Under the pieces are notes generated by a model that was not told the DNA's origin, made no database searches, and saw only the letters and a program-made list of their open reading frames with translations. From contig DATDQB010000002.1 in the NCBI GenBank assembly GCA_035292445.1, forward strand, positions 14,714 through 78,713: a stretch of DNA of 64,000 nucleotides, in the 5' to 3' direction. Position 1 is the first letter of the stretch. Every line of letters begins with the position of its first letter. This DNA is from Candidatus Omnitrophota bacterium (GTDB lineage: Bacteria; Omnitrophota; Gorgyraeia; Zapsychrales; Zapsychraceae). The position numbers and the translations under genes were made by a program. Shown here piece after piece: positions 19,143-27,110 of the stretch.

Positions 19143-19598
19143 TTGATGATTCAAATAGAGGGCCAAGCGCCGCAGCGACATCTTTTGGGGGAGATATTGA
19201 TTCAACGCCGGCTCATCACCCCGGGGCAATTGCAAAGGGCGCTGGAGGTTCAGAAGAACGAGAAACGGTATTTGGGCGAAATCCTGATCGATCTGGGGAT
19301 CGTGGAGGAGCGGGATATTCTGGTCGCTTTAGTCGTCCAATGCAATCTTCCCTATATAGCAGTCCACAACTACTCCATTGATCAAAATGTCATCAGTCTT
19401 ATCCCGGTCGAGATGGCCAGGCGATATCATGTGATGCCCTTGGACCGCGTCGGTGACATCTTAAGCGTCGTTATGGCCGATCCATTGAATGAAGAAATCA
19501 AAACAGAGCTCATTAAAGCGACCCAGTGCCAGATCGCGCCTTTTATCGCGACCAAAGCAGAAATAGAAGAAGCCATCAGCCGATGGTATAAAAGCTAA
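19143..19598 (+). CDS. second stand-alone MshEN-like plus T2SSE_N protein
   Basis: LLGEILIQRRLITPGQLQRALEVQ..YLGEILIDLGIV..ALVVQ, IPVEMARRYHVMPLD..VMADPL; start may be ATG 19146. Confidence 0.85.
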   Translation: MMIQIEGQAPQRHLLGEILIQRRLITPGQLQRALEVQKNEKRYLGEILIDLGIVEERDILVALVVQCNLPYIAVHNYSIDQNVISLIPVEMARRYHVMPLDRVGDILSVVMADPLNEEIKTELIKATQCQIAPFIATKAEIEEAISRWYKS

Positions 19599-19604
19599 AC
19601 AACC

Positions 19605-20810
19605 ATGCCAACATTTAAATATACAGCCAAAAATAAAGACTCCCGCACCGTCGCCGGAAAGATTGTCGCCGAAAACCAGCAGGCGGTTATCGAAGAACTG
19701 CGAAAGCGCAATTTAGTCATTCTCAATCTTAATGAAACCAAAGAAGTCACGGCCAAGAAAACCGCTTTCCAGAGCAAAAAAGTCAAAGGGGAAGAGATTG
19801 TCATCTTTTCCCGCCAATTGGCCACGATGGTCGAAGCCGGCATCCCTATCCTGCAAGGGGTTAACGCGTTGAAAGACCAGGTCAATCATCCTGCCTTCAA
19901 GAAAGTTCTGGGGCAGGTGGAAAGCGATATTCAGCACGGCAGCAGCCTTTCAGTCGCGTTTTCCAAACACCCCCAGGTTTTTAGCACGTTGTTTGTCAAT
20001 ATGGTCAAAGTCGGGGAAACCGGAGGCGTTTTGTCCCAAATCTTGGACCGGATCGCCACGTATTTGGAGAAAACGCTTCGTTTGCAAAGAAAAGTCAAGG
20101 CGGCCCTTATTTATCCGGCGGTCGTTGTTTCCATGGCGATCATTATTACGGTTTTTCTTCTTGTTAAGGTTGTTCCGACCTTCTCCGGGATTTATGAATC
20201 GTTCAATGCGGATTTGCCGGCGATGACGGTAGTGCTGATTACCATAAGTAAAATTCTACGGCAGAATATTCTTTGGCTCGCGGGTGCGTTGATCATAGCG
20301 GGGTTTTTTTTAAGGCGGTGGTATAAAACAGATAAAGGAGCGCTTGTCATTGACCGAATTTTTTTAAGGTTGCCTATTTTCGGGGAACTTTTAAGGAAAG
20401 TCGCCATCAGCCGGTTCAGCCGCACGCTGGCCACGCTGGTGCAAAGCGGCGTTCCCATTCTTGAATCGTTGGATATTGTCGAGAAAACCATTGGCAACAA
20501 AGTCCTTGAACTTGTTGTCCGGGATGTCAAGAGCACGGTCCGGGAAGGAGAAAGCATCGCCACTCCTTTGGAGAAAAGCAACGTTTTCCCGCCCATGGTC
20601 ACGCGCATGATCGCGGTGGGTGAGAAAACCGGCCAAATGGAGAAAATGCTTTTAAAAATCTCCGAATTTTATGATGACCAAGTGGATGCGGCCGTTGAGG
20701 GTTTGACCAGTGTTATCGAGCCTTTGATCATCGGGTTCTTAGGGATTGTCATCGGATTCATCGTGGTTGCGTTATTCTTGCCTATCATCAATATCACGCG
20801 TTTAATATAA
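19605..20810 (+). CDS. pilC: type IV pilus inner-membrane platform PilC (GspF family)
   Basis: MPTFKYTA, FSRQLATMVEAGIP, GETGG, ALIYP, GEKTGQM, EPLII..LFLPI. Confidence 0.95.
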   Translation: MPTFKYTAKNKDSRTVAGKIVAENQQAVIEELRKRNLVILNLNETKEVTAKKTAFQSKKVKGEEIVIFSRQLATMVEAGIPILQGVNALKDQVNHPAFKKVLGQVESDIQHGSSLSVAFSKHPQVFSTLFVNMVKVGETGGVLSQILDRIATYLEKTLRLQRKVKAALIYPAVVVSMAIIITVFLLVKVVPTFSGIYESFNADLPAMTVVLITISKILRQNILWLAGALIIAGFFLRRWYKTDKGALVIDRIFLRLPIFGELLRKVAISRFSRTLATLVQSGVPILESLDIVEKTIGNKVLELVVRDVKSTVREGESIATPLEKSNVFPPMVTRMIAVGEKTGQMEKMLLKISEFYDDQVDAAVEGLTSVIEPLIIGFLGIVIGFIVVALFLPIINITRLI

Positions 20811-20819
20811 TTTTCGTTT

Positions 20820-21818
20820 ATGAGCAAATCTCTTCATAATACGTTTTGGTTGAAAGGATGCGTCCTTCTTTGTTTTATGCTTTGTCCTGCCTTAAAGGTC
20901 GAAGCGCAAGTGCACAGCCGAAACTCACCCGTTCTATCCTTGGAATACAGCTTAAAGAGTCTATACGACAGCGCCAATGAAGTGGCGAAGAAAAACGAAT
21001 GGCTTCGCCAGGAAATCGACCGGATGAGCCAGGAAGTTACGTTTATAACGGAAGAAATGCGCTCTTTGGAAACCAACCAAACCAAGGGTATGGTTGGCCA
21101 AGCGCTGGGGGATGAGGGTTTGATGAAAGATATTCCCTGGGAAGAGAAACGCATCCAGATGATGTATGAGGATTTTATTGAATTGGATGAGGAGGAAAAG
21201 TATTTAAAGGATCGTTTTGAAGGGAAAAAAAATGACCAACAAGAGATCGAAGAGGCTGTTTATAAGCTGGAAAAAGAAGTTGCCCAGCTGGCCAATCAAA
21301 GGTTACAGGCCGAAGAGGCGCTGGGCCGTCGGGGTGACGCTGGGGAATTTGACCGGTTAAAGGACGCTTATGCCCGAGCGGCCAGGCATCTTAAGATCAC
21401 GAGAGATAAATATCAACGGTTAGAAAATCAGCACGGCCAGCCGCTGAAGGTTTTTAGCAAGATAAAGGACAGGAATATTGAGCTTAAGGGGCGGCAGGCT
21501 TTTTTGAGCAAGCAGATCCATTTGATTAACGAGCGGCAAATAAGCTTGGGGGAGGAAATCGACAACATCAAAGCAACAGATAAGGAGAGATTAAGCCTCC
21601 TTCAAAAGGACGTTGGGGATTTATCCAGGCAAAGAGAAGATTTATTAAGGGTCTTAAAACGGGCGAATGTCAAATTGGGCAAAGATTTCAGCATACCGGA
21701 TTATGATGCCCAGATCGGCCAGGTTAAGGGAAATATTGAAACGATCAAAGAGGAAAACCGCCTCCTTAAAGAAGAGCTGATTTCTTTGGAAAGCAAGATG
21801 TTGGAAGCCCCCCAGTAG
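20820..21818 (+). CDS. hypothetical exported long coiled-coil protein
   Basis: signal peptide-like N-terminus (VEA-Q); remainder is heptad-rich and charged. Confidence 0.7.
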   Translation: MSKSLHNTFWLKGCVLLCFMLCPALKVEAQVHSRNSPVLSLEYSLKSLYDSANEVAKKNEWLRQEIDRMSQEVTFITEEMRSLETNQTKGMVGQALGDEGLMKDIPWEEKRIQMMYEDFIELDEEEKYLKDRFEGKKNDQQEIEEAVYKLEKEVAQLANQRLQAEEALGRRGDAGEFDRLKDAYARAARHLKITRDKYQRLENQHGQPLKVFSKIKDRNIELKGRQAFLSKQIHLINERQISLGEEIDNIKATDKERLSLLQKDVGDLSRQREDLLRVLKRANVKLGKDFSIPDYDAQIGQVKGNIETIKEENRLLKEELISLESKMLEAPQ

Positions 21819-21849
21819 CTTTTTTGGCCCCTGGCCGCTTGGGGCCGGG

Positions 21850-21879
21850 TTGACAAGGGGCAGGGGGCCGTGGTATACT
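21850..21879 (+). promoter_or_regulatory. promoter P1 upstream of the riboswitch
   Basis: TTGACA(21850-21855), 18 nt spacer, TGn-TATACT(21874-21879). Confidence 0.7.
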
Positions 21880-21910
21880 TAGGTTGAAACTTTGACAAGA
21901 AGGATTTATC

Positions 21911-22062
21911 TGTGAAACAGGGTAAACCATTCGTAAGGATGGGGCACAAAGCTATCCCGACGTCCCCTAAAAGTAGTTTAAGGAAGTCGGGACCCCGACC
22001 GAGTGAAACGAGCGTCGGGGGAGGGCCCAAGCGGGTTAGGCCGCGGGTAGCCAGTTGCCACA
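21911..22062 (+). ncRNA. c-di-GMP-I (GEMM) riboswitch aptamer with a ~66 nt insertion in P3
   Basis: P1 TGTG/CACA; ACAGGGTAAACCATTC-GTAA-GGATGGGGCACAAAGCT; distal P3 GCCC-AA-GCGG/CCGC-GGGT; 3' AGCCAGTTGCC; G20 and C92 equivalents at 21921 and 22058. Confidence 0.88.
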
Positions 22063-22089
22063 TAAGGTTAAGCTTAAAAAGCTTTTTTT

Positions 22090-22122
22090 AACCTATTCCT
22101 TACATTCGGAATAGGTTTTTTT
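22090..22122 (+). terminator. intrinsic terminator of the riboswitch expression platform
   Basis: AACCTATTCC-loop-GGAATAGGTT then T run; overlapping antiterminator AGGTTAA(22065-22071)/TTAACCT(22088-22094). Confidence 0.8.
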
Positions 22123-22176
22123 GTTTTGGAAGATCTTTGAAATTGCAGGCCTCTTTGAAGAAATCTTGAATCGAAA

Positions 22177-22206
22177 TTGACAAGATTAGGAGGTGAATGG
22201 TAGAGT
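22177..22206 (+). promoter_or_regulatory. promoter P2 for the pilin, downstream of the riboswitch terminator
   Basis: TTGACA(22177-22182), 18 nt spacer, TGn-TAGAGT(22201-22206). Confidence 0.55.
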
Positions 22207-22353
22207 AAAATCACTTTAATTGTGCACGGGTCAATAGGTTATCATCGTTCGGCGGGATTAAGAATAACACGTTATTATTCATTCTTTACATACTCCTTGC
22301 TGGATGAAAGAAAGCCTGGCGGCCCAAAACCAGTAACAGTAAGGAGAAATAAG

Positions 22354-22749
22354 ATGAAAAGGCTAAAAAATCAAGGTTTTACGCTCGTTGAAATCATGAT
22401 CGTTGTCGCGATCATCGCTCTGTTGGCGGCTATTGCCATCCCCAACTTGTTAAGAGCGAAAATCTCCGCTAACGACGCGTTAGCGCAGAGCACGCTACGT
22501 ACCCTTTCTACGGCATCTGAGACGTTTGCTACCTCAAACAACGGTACGTATCCGGGTGACATCACATCGTTGACAGGCGCCACACCACCGTATATAAATG
22601 AACCATTTTGTACTCAAACTATTTCCGGGTTCGTATATGGTTGTACGATGGCTGCGGGTAGTTATTCGTTTGCCGCTGTCCCCGTTAACGTGGGTGTATC
22701 TGGTACGACAACGTTTACCATGACAACCGGCGGTATTTTAACTCCGTAA
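22354..22749 (+). CDS. pilA: type IVa prepilin, probably the major pilin
   Basis: MKRLKNQG|FTLVEIMIVVAIIALLAAIAIP class III signal with E5; SD AAGGAG; own terminator. Confidence 0.92.
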   Translation: MKRLKNQGFTLVEIMIVVAIIALLAAIAIPNLLRAKISANDALAQSTLRTLSTASETFATSNNGTYPGDITSLTGATPPYINEPFCTQTISGFVYGCTMAAGSYSFAAVPVNVGVSGTTTFTMTTGGILTP

Positions 22750-22775
22750 ATGTCATTGAGTTGAGCATCATCAGG

Positions 22776-22803
22776 AGGGGGGCTTATAAAGCCCCCCTTT
22801 TTT
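22776..22803 (+). terminator. rho-independent terminator after the pilin
   Basis: AGGGGGGCTT-ATA-AAGCCCCCCT followed by T run. Confidence 0.88.
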
Positions 22804-23063
22804 ATTGATAAAAAGAACTGTTTAAATGTTTCACGGCCAGCTTCGTTGCTTACGAAAGGGTCCCTATGAGAGAACGGTTATTCTTTATATTCATAAAAGT
22901 TTCTTCAGAGGGCTCCTCTTTACTCCTCCTGCCGCAACCGCACTGTTTTCGTTTCAAAGATGGAACAAATGGCCATTTCTATTTTTTTATGAAATACTGC
23001 TTGATGAGAAGGGCATCCTCCAATACTATATATAGAAAGAATAAATATATTTATATTACTTAT

Positions 23064-24119
23064 ATGAAAAGACTTCTCGAACGTTATTTCAATTTTATCA
23101 AAGGTTTTATCCCTTCCGAGCCACAGACCACTTCTATAGGATTAGAGATAACCCAAAATGAGTGTAAGATGGTGGAGGTCAAGAAAAGCAGCAACGGCTT
23201 TCAAGTTGTTCGTTGGGCCATTGAATCGCTTGATGAAAACAAGCCCGTCAATACGATTAAAGCCATTCTCCCATCAGATTTAACACAAGCTTCGGTGCAT
23301 ACAGCCGTTAACGGCAAGGGGACGCTCATTCGTTATATTGAAATGCCCCGGATGACCGTTGATGAATTAAGGAATTCTTTTGCGCTGGAATCCGATAAAT
23401 ATTTCCCTTTTGCCCAGGATCAAATTTATACCGATTGCTATATTTTGGACCCTACGGGCAAAACAAAACAAATGGATGTCATGGCCGCGGCCTCGACCAA
23501 AGACCTTATTGATAATCGTTTAAAATTGATGAATGAAGCCGGGGTCCAGACCGATTTTATCGGCATTAATTCGGTGGCGTTGGCGAATGTGATCAACGCA
23601 TTGGGATATGAACTGCAGGATGCCAAGCCCGAGATGACCTATGTCCTTGTCGATATCGGCGAGTCTGTAAGCAACGTGACGATTATGATTAACAAGTTTC
23701 CACGGTTTTCCCGGGATATTTTTATCGGCGGCAGGGATTTTATCAAACGAATTTCCAATGCGTTCGGCAAAAGCAGTAAAGAGGCGCGGGCTTTGTGCGC
23801 AGAGCCTTCGGAAAAAGCGAAGGAGATTATCAGCGCGTGCGAGTCGATTTTTTTGAATATGACTCAGGAATTAAGGCTCTCCTTCGATTATTTTTCTACG
23901 GAAAGAAATAAAGAAGTGGATAAAATCTATTTAACCGGCGATTATGCGCTGCTGCCGGGCATTAAACAGGCCTTAGAGGAGCATCTTGAGCTTAAAGTCG
24001 AATTATGGAACCCGTTTAACCAGTTAACATATGTGCCAGATATATCCAAGGAAGATATTCAGAAAAACGCCCACAGGCTGACGGTCGCCTTGGGATTATC
24101 TTTGTATAATTATGATTGA
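23064..24119 (+). CDS. pilM: type IV pilus alignment protein PilM
   Basis: IGLEIT..KMVE, VLVDIGES, DIFIGGRDF, ELRLSFDYF, IYLTG, WNPF, VALGLSL; ATG 23064 preferred over 22866. Confidence 0.9.
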   Translation: MKRLLERYFNFIKGFIPSEPQTTSIGLEITQNECKMVEVKKSSNGFQVVRWAIESLDENKPVNTIKAILPSDLTQASVHTAVNGKGTLIRYIEMPRMTVDELRNSFALESDKYFPFAQDQIYTDCYILDPTGKTKQMDVMAAASTKDLIDNRLKLMNEAGVQTDFIGINSVALANVINALGYELQDAKPEMTYVLVDIGESVSNVTIMINKFPRFSRDIFIGGRDFIKRISNAFGKSSKEARALCAEPSEKAKEIISACESIFLNMTQELRLSFDYFSTERNKEVDKIYLTGDYALLPGIKQALEEHLELKVELWNPFNQLTYVPDISKEDIQKNAHRLTVALGLSLYNYD

Positions 24120-24708
24120 AATTAATTTAGTTCCACAACATTTACGTAAGCGTAAACGGAAATTGTTAGGGCAACTGAAAATCCCTCTGGAGATCGTTAT
24201 CGGTTGCGCCGGGGGATTGGTCATGTTTTTGATTTTGGCTCACGTGGGGTTATTGATGGTGAATGTTTTTAGGCTTAATTATCATAAGGGTCTGAAAAAA
24301 CAATGGGACGTGATTTTGCCGGCCAAGGAGAATGTCGATAAGGTGCTTCAGGAAATGCGCGAGCTGCAGGCCAAGCATAAAGCTATCGAAAAGATCACCA
24401 CCGATGACCGGATCTCTTGGTCTCAAAAGATGAACATACTAAGTGACGGTATTGTCAGGGGCGTTTGGTTGACGCGGGTGCGCCTCAAAGAAGGGGTCTT
24501 TTTTATCGAAGGAAGCGCCATTTCAAAACAAAATGACGAGATGATCAATGTTCACAGCTTCACTTCGAATTTGAAGAACGAAAAGAGCTTCTTGGAAAAA
24601 TTCAGCGATTTGGAGCTGGGCTCTATTCAGCGGCGCAATATCGGTAAGACGGAGATAGCCGATTTTCTTATAACCGCTGAGCTAGTTAAGGAAACCGATG
24701 GCGAATAA
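24112..24708 (+). CDS. pilN: PilN
   Basis: MIEINLVP PilM-binding motif, TM, coiled coil, GVWLT..IEGSA. Confidence 0.88.
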   Translation: MIEINLVPQHLRKRKRKLLGQLKIPLEIVIGCAGGLVMFLILAHVGLLMVNVFRLNYHKGLKKQWDVILPAKENVDKVLQEMRELQAKHKAIEKITTDDRISWSQKMNILSDGIVRGVWLTRVRLKEGVFFIEGSAISKQNDEMINVHSFTSNLKNEKSFLEKFSDLELGSIQRRNIGKTEIADFLITAELVKETDGE

Positions 24709-25306
24709 ATATTCTGATCAATTGAATAAATATTTTGTTAAATTGCAAGACATGGACCAAAAGAATTGGTATTATATATTGGCTGGTCTTCTGGTTTTGG
24801 TCTTTGTGTTGGATTATTTTACTTTGATGAAACCGCAGCTGGGTGCTTTGTCTAAGATCAGTCCGGAAATTAAGATTTTGTCGGATAATTTAAAACGGAC
24901 AAAGACGGACATTGCGCGGATCACTGAGTATAAGGATCAGATTCAAAAGCTTAAAGAGGGCTTTGATGCCTTAAGGTTGCGGGTACGGACCAAACAGGAA
25001 GTTCCGCTTGTTTTAGAAAAGATTTCCCGTATCGCCAATAAGAATCGAGTGAAGATAGATCAAATTATGCCTAATCCTCTGCAGCAAAAAATCCTTTTAG
25101 AGGGCAATGACAAGACATATTTTGATCTACCTATTATCATAGAGGCCAGAAGCGGTTATCATGATTTTGGTCGGTTTATTAACGAATTGGAGAATGGCGA
25201 TATTTTTCTCAAGGTTGATGGGTTTACGATCGCTGCGATGCCAGGGTCCCAATTAAACGCCATACAGCTGACGCTAAAGACGATTGTTGTTGAAGAGAAC
25301 AAATAA
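24698..25306 (+). CDS. pilO: PilO
   Basis: TM, coiled coil, EVPLVLEKIS, LPIIIEARSGYHDFGRFINELE. Confidence 0.88.
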   Translation: MANKYSDQLNKYFVKLQDMDQKNWYYILAGLLVLVFVLDYFTLMKPQLGALSKISPEIKILSDNLKRTKTDIARITEYKDQIQKLKEGFDALRLRVRTKQEVPLVLEKISRIANKNRVKIDQIMPNPLQQKILLEGNDKTYFDLPIIIEARSGYHDFGRFINELENGDIFLKVDGFTIAAMPGSQLNAIQLTLKTIVVEENK

Positions 25307-25316
25307 AAGGTTTGGC

Positions 25317-25661
25317 ATGCGTCTTATATGGTTTGTCATCTTGAGTTTATTGGCTATCCCTGCTATTGCGCAGGAGGCGCGTTTTATGTATGATGATCAC
25401 GGTAAACGGGATCCATTTTTGCCTTTGGTGGGCGAGGGCGGCAACATCATCAGCTATGAAACCGATTTTACGGTTTCCGATCTGGTTCTAGAAGGGATCA
25501 TGGCCGGTTCGGAAGGGGCTCATATCGCCATCATCAACGGCAGGGTCGTCAAGGCAGGAGATCAGTTGGGCAATTTTTTCATCCAGGATGTGCAGCCGGA
25601 GTCGGTTATTATTAAAAAAGACAACCTAAAATTCGAACTAAAATTGGAAAAGGAGGATTAA
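25317..25661 (+). CDS. pilP: PilP-like protein
   Basis: signal peptide, KRDPF motif, LEGIM..AIING..VKAGD; between pilO and pilQ; no Cys, so no lipobox. Confidence 0.75.
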   Translation: MRLIWFVILSLLAIPAIAQEARFMYDDHGKRDPFLPLVGEGGNIISYETDFTVSDLVLEGIMAGSEGAHIAIINGRVVKAGDQLGNFFIQDVQPESVIIKKDNLKFELKLEKED

Positions 25662-25662
25662 C

Positions 25663-26982
25663 ATGTTTAAAAGAGTAATGGCTAGTGTAACCGCGTTGAT
25701 CTTTGTGGCGACGATGAGTTTTGCCCAAACGCCAACGCCGCAGGCCGCGACGGGAGAAGAAAATATCTCCATGAGCGCGGAAGGGTATGTAAGTTTGGAT
25801 TTCCGGGAAGCCGATATTCGAAACGTTTTTAAGATTCTTTCCTTTAAAAGCGGGGTGAATATCGTGGCCGGACCGGAGGTCACGGGAACGGTATCCATTC
25901 AGCTTAATAACGTCCCCTGGAAACAGGCCTTGGATGTTATCTTACAGACATACGGGTATGCCTATGAGCAAAGAGGCAACATCATTATCGTTACAACCGT
26001 GGAAAATCTCAAGAAACGACGGGAAGACGCCATGGTTTTGGCGGAACAGGAACCGGTGGAAACAAGGACGTATACGCTTAATTTCGGTAAGGCATCAGAA
26101 ATAATTGCTTCCTTAGAGAAAATGAAATCCGATCGAGGGAGCATCGATTTTGATGAACGCACGAACACCTTAATTATTACCGATTCAACCTCGAAATTGG
26201 ACTTGATGGCCACCGTTGTTGAAACGCTCGATTCTACGACGCCTCAGGTTCTTATTGAGGCAAAGATCGTGGAAACTCAGTTTAATGATGAGGAAAACCT
26301 GGGGATCGATTGGATCGTCCAGGCCTCCGCTCGAGGGGCGCTGCGCCCAACGACGTATCCGTTCACCAATCACTCAAGCAATAAATATCTGGTTGATGAT
26401 TTCGTGGAGCCGGAAGATGAAGATTTTACTTTCGGTACGCTCGATTTCAACCAGTTCCAGGTCGTTTTGGAAATGTTGAAAACAAGAAGCAACACGGAGA
26501 TCCTATCGAGTCCGCGTATTGTAACAGTGGACAACCAGACGGCATCCATTACCGTTGGCAGCCAATATCCCATTCCCACTTACACGTATAATGAGGAGCA
26601 AGCCCGTCTTCAAGTGTCCGGCTGGGAATACATGGATATCGGTATTATTTTTGATGTGACGCCGCATGTCAATGATGCCGGATTTGTCACAATTGACGTA
26701 CAGCCGAAGATTACGGCGATCTTGGATTTTGTCACGGTTGAGAATACGTCATTACCCCGTTTGAGTAATGAATCCGCCAAAACAAGCGTCATGGTTAAAG
26801 ACGGGGATACGTTGGTCATCGGCGGTTTGGTCAAAACACAGACCACGGAAACAAAGAAACGCACGCCGTTTCTCGGGGAGATTCCTATCCTCGGTTATGT
26901 GTTTCGTAAATCCGAAATGACCAATGAGAAGACCGATTTGATTATTTTCATTACGCCTCATATCATTACGCCTGAGATGTAA
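25663..26982 (+). CDS. pilQ: secretin PilQ (short, no AMIN domains)
   Basis: SLDFREADIR, VPWKQALD, DERTNTLII, QVLIEAKIVE, SSPRI, VTPHV, IGGL, PFLGEIPILG, LIIFITPHII. Confidence 0.92.
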   Translation: MFKRVMASVTALIFVATMSFAQTPTPQAATGEENISMSAEGYVSLDFREADIRNVFKILSFKSGVNIVAGPEVTGTVSIQLNNVPWKQALDVILQTYGYAYEQRGNIIIVTTVENLKKRREDAMVLAEQEPVETRTYTLNFGKASEIIASLEKMKSDRGSIDFDERTNTLIITDSTSKLDLMATVVETLDSTTPQVLIEAKIVETQFNDEENLGIDWIVQASARGALRPTTYPFTNHSSNKYLVDDFVEPEDEDFTFGTLDFNQFQVVLEMLKTRSNTEILSSPRIVTVDNQTASITVGSQYPIPTYTYNEEQARLQVSGWEYMDIGIIFDVTPHVNDAGFVTIDVQPKITAILDFVTVENTSLPRLSNESAKTSVMVKDGDTLVIGGLVKTQTTETKKRTPFLGEIPILGYVFRKSEMTNEKTDLIIFITPHIITPEM

Positions 26983-26991
26983 TATTGTTGT

Positions 26992-27110
26992 TTGACACGT
27001 TCGGCCCCGCCAACGGGCGGGGCCCTCAGTGTCAACCCTGAGGATACCCTGCGGTCAAAACGTTGAGAATAAGTTTCGATAAGTGTTTGGGGTATACGAA
27101 TGGGTTGACA
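26992..27110. repeat. REP-like palindromic element bounded by TTGACA (paralogue of 9543-9657)
   Basis: TTGACAC-GTTCG-[GCCCCGCC/GGCGGGGC]-CTCAG-TGTCAA-CC-CTGAG-[ATACCC..GGGTAT]-CGAAT-GGG-TTGACA. Confidence 0.85.

Noticed and set aside
21911-22062. Calling the riboswitch a 3',3'-cGAMP sensor
   Set aside because: The discriminating position 20 is G rather than A; cGAMP binding remains only a test to run.
22228-22325. Pilin leader rod as 6S RNA
   Set aside because: About half the usual length, no clear central bubble, no own terminator, and it runs into the pilin RBS.
22222-22353. 44 aa N-terminal extension of the pilin in the ORF track
   Set aside because: The SD and class III signal place the start at ATG 22354; the upstream DNA is better read as a leader.
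22826-23063. 69 aa ORF and the 66 aa PilM extension; short minus-strand ORFs in the same gap
   Set aside because: No SD, motif or protein-like composition; minus-strand ORFs checked are under 20 aa. The gap remains unexplained.
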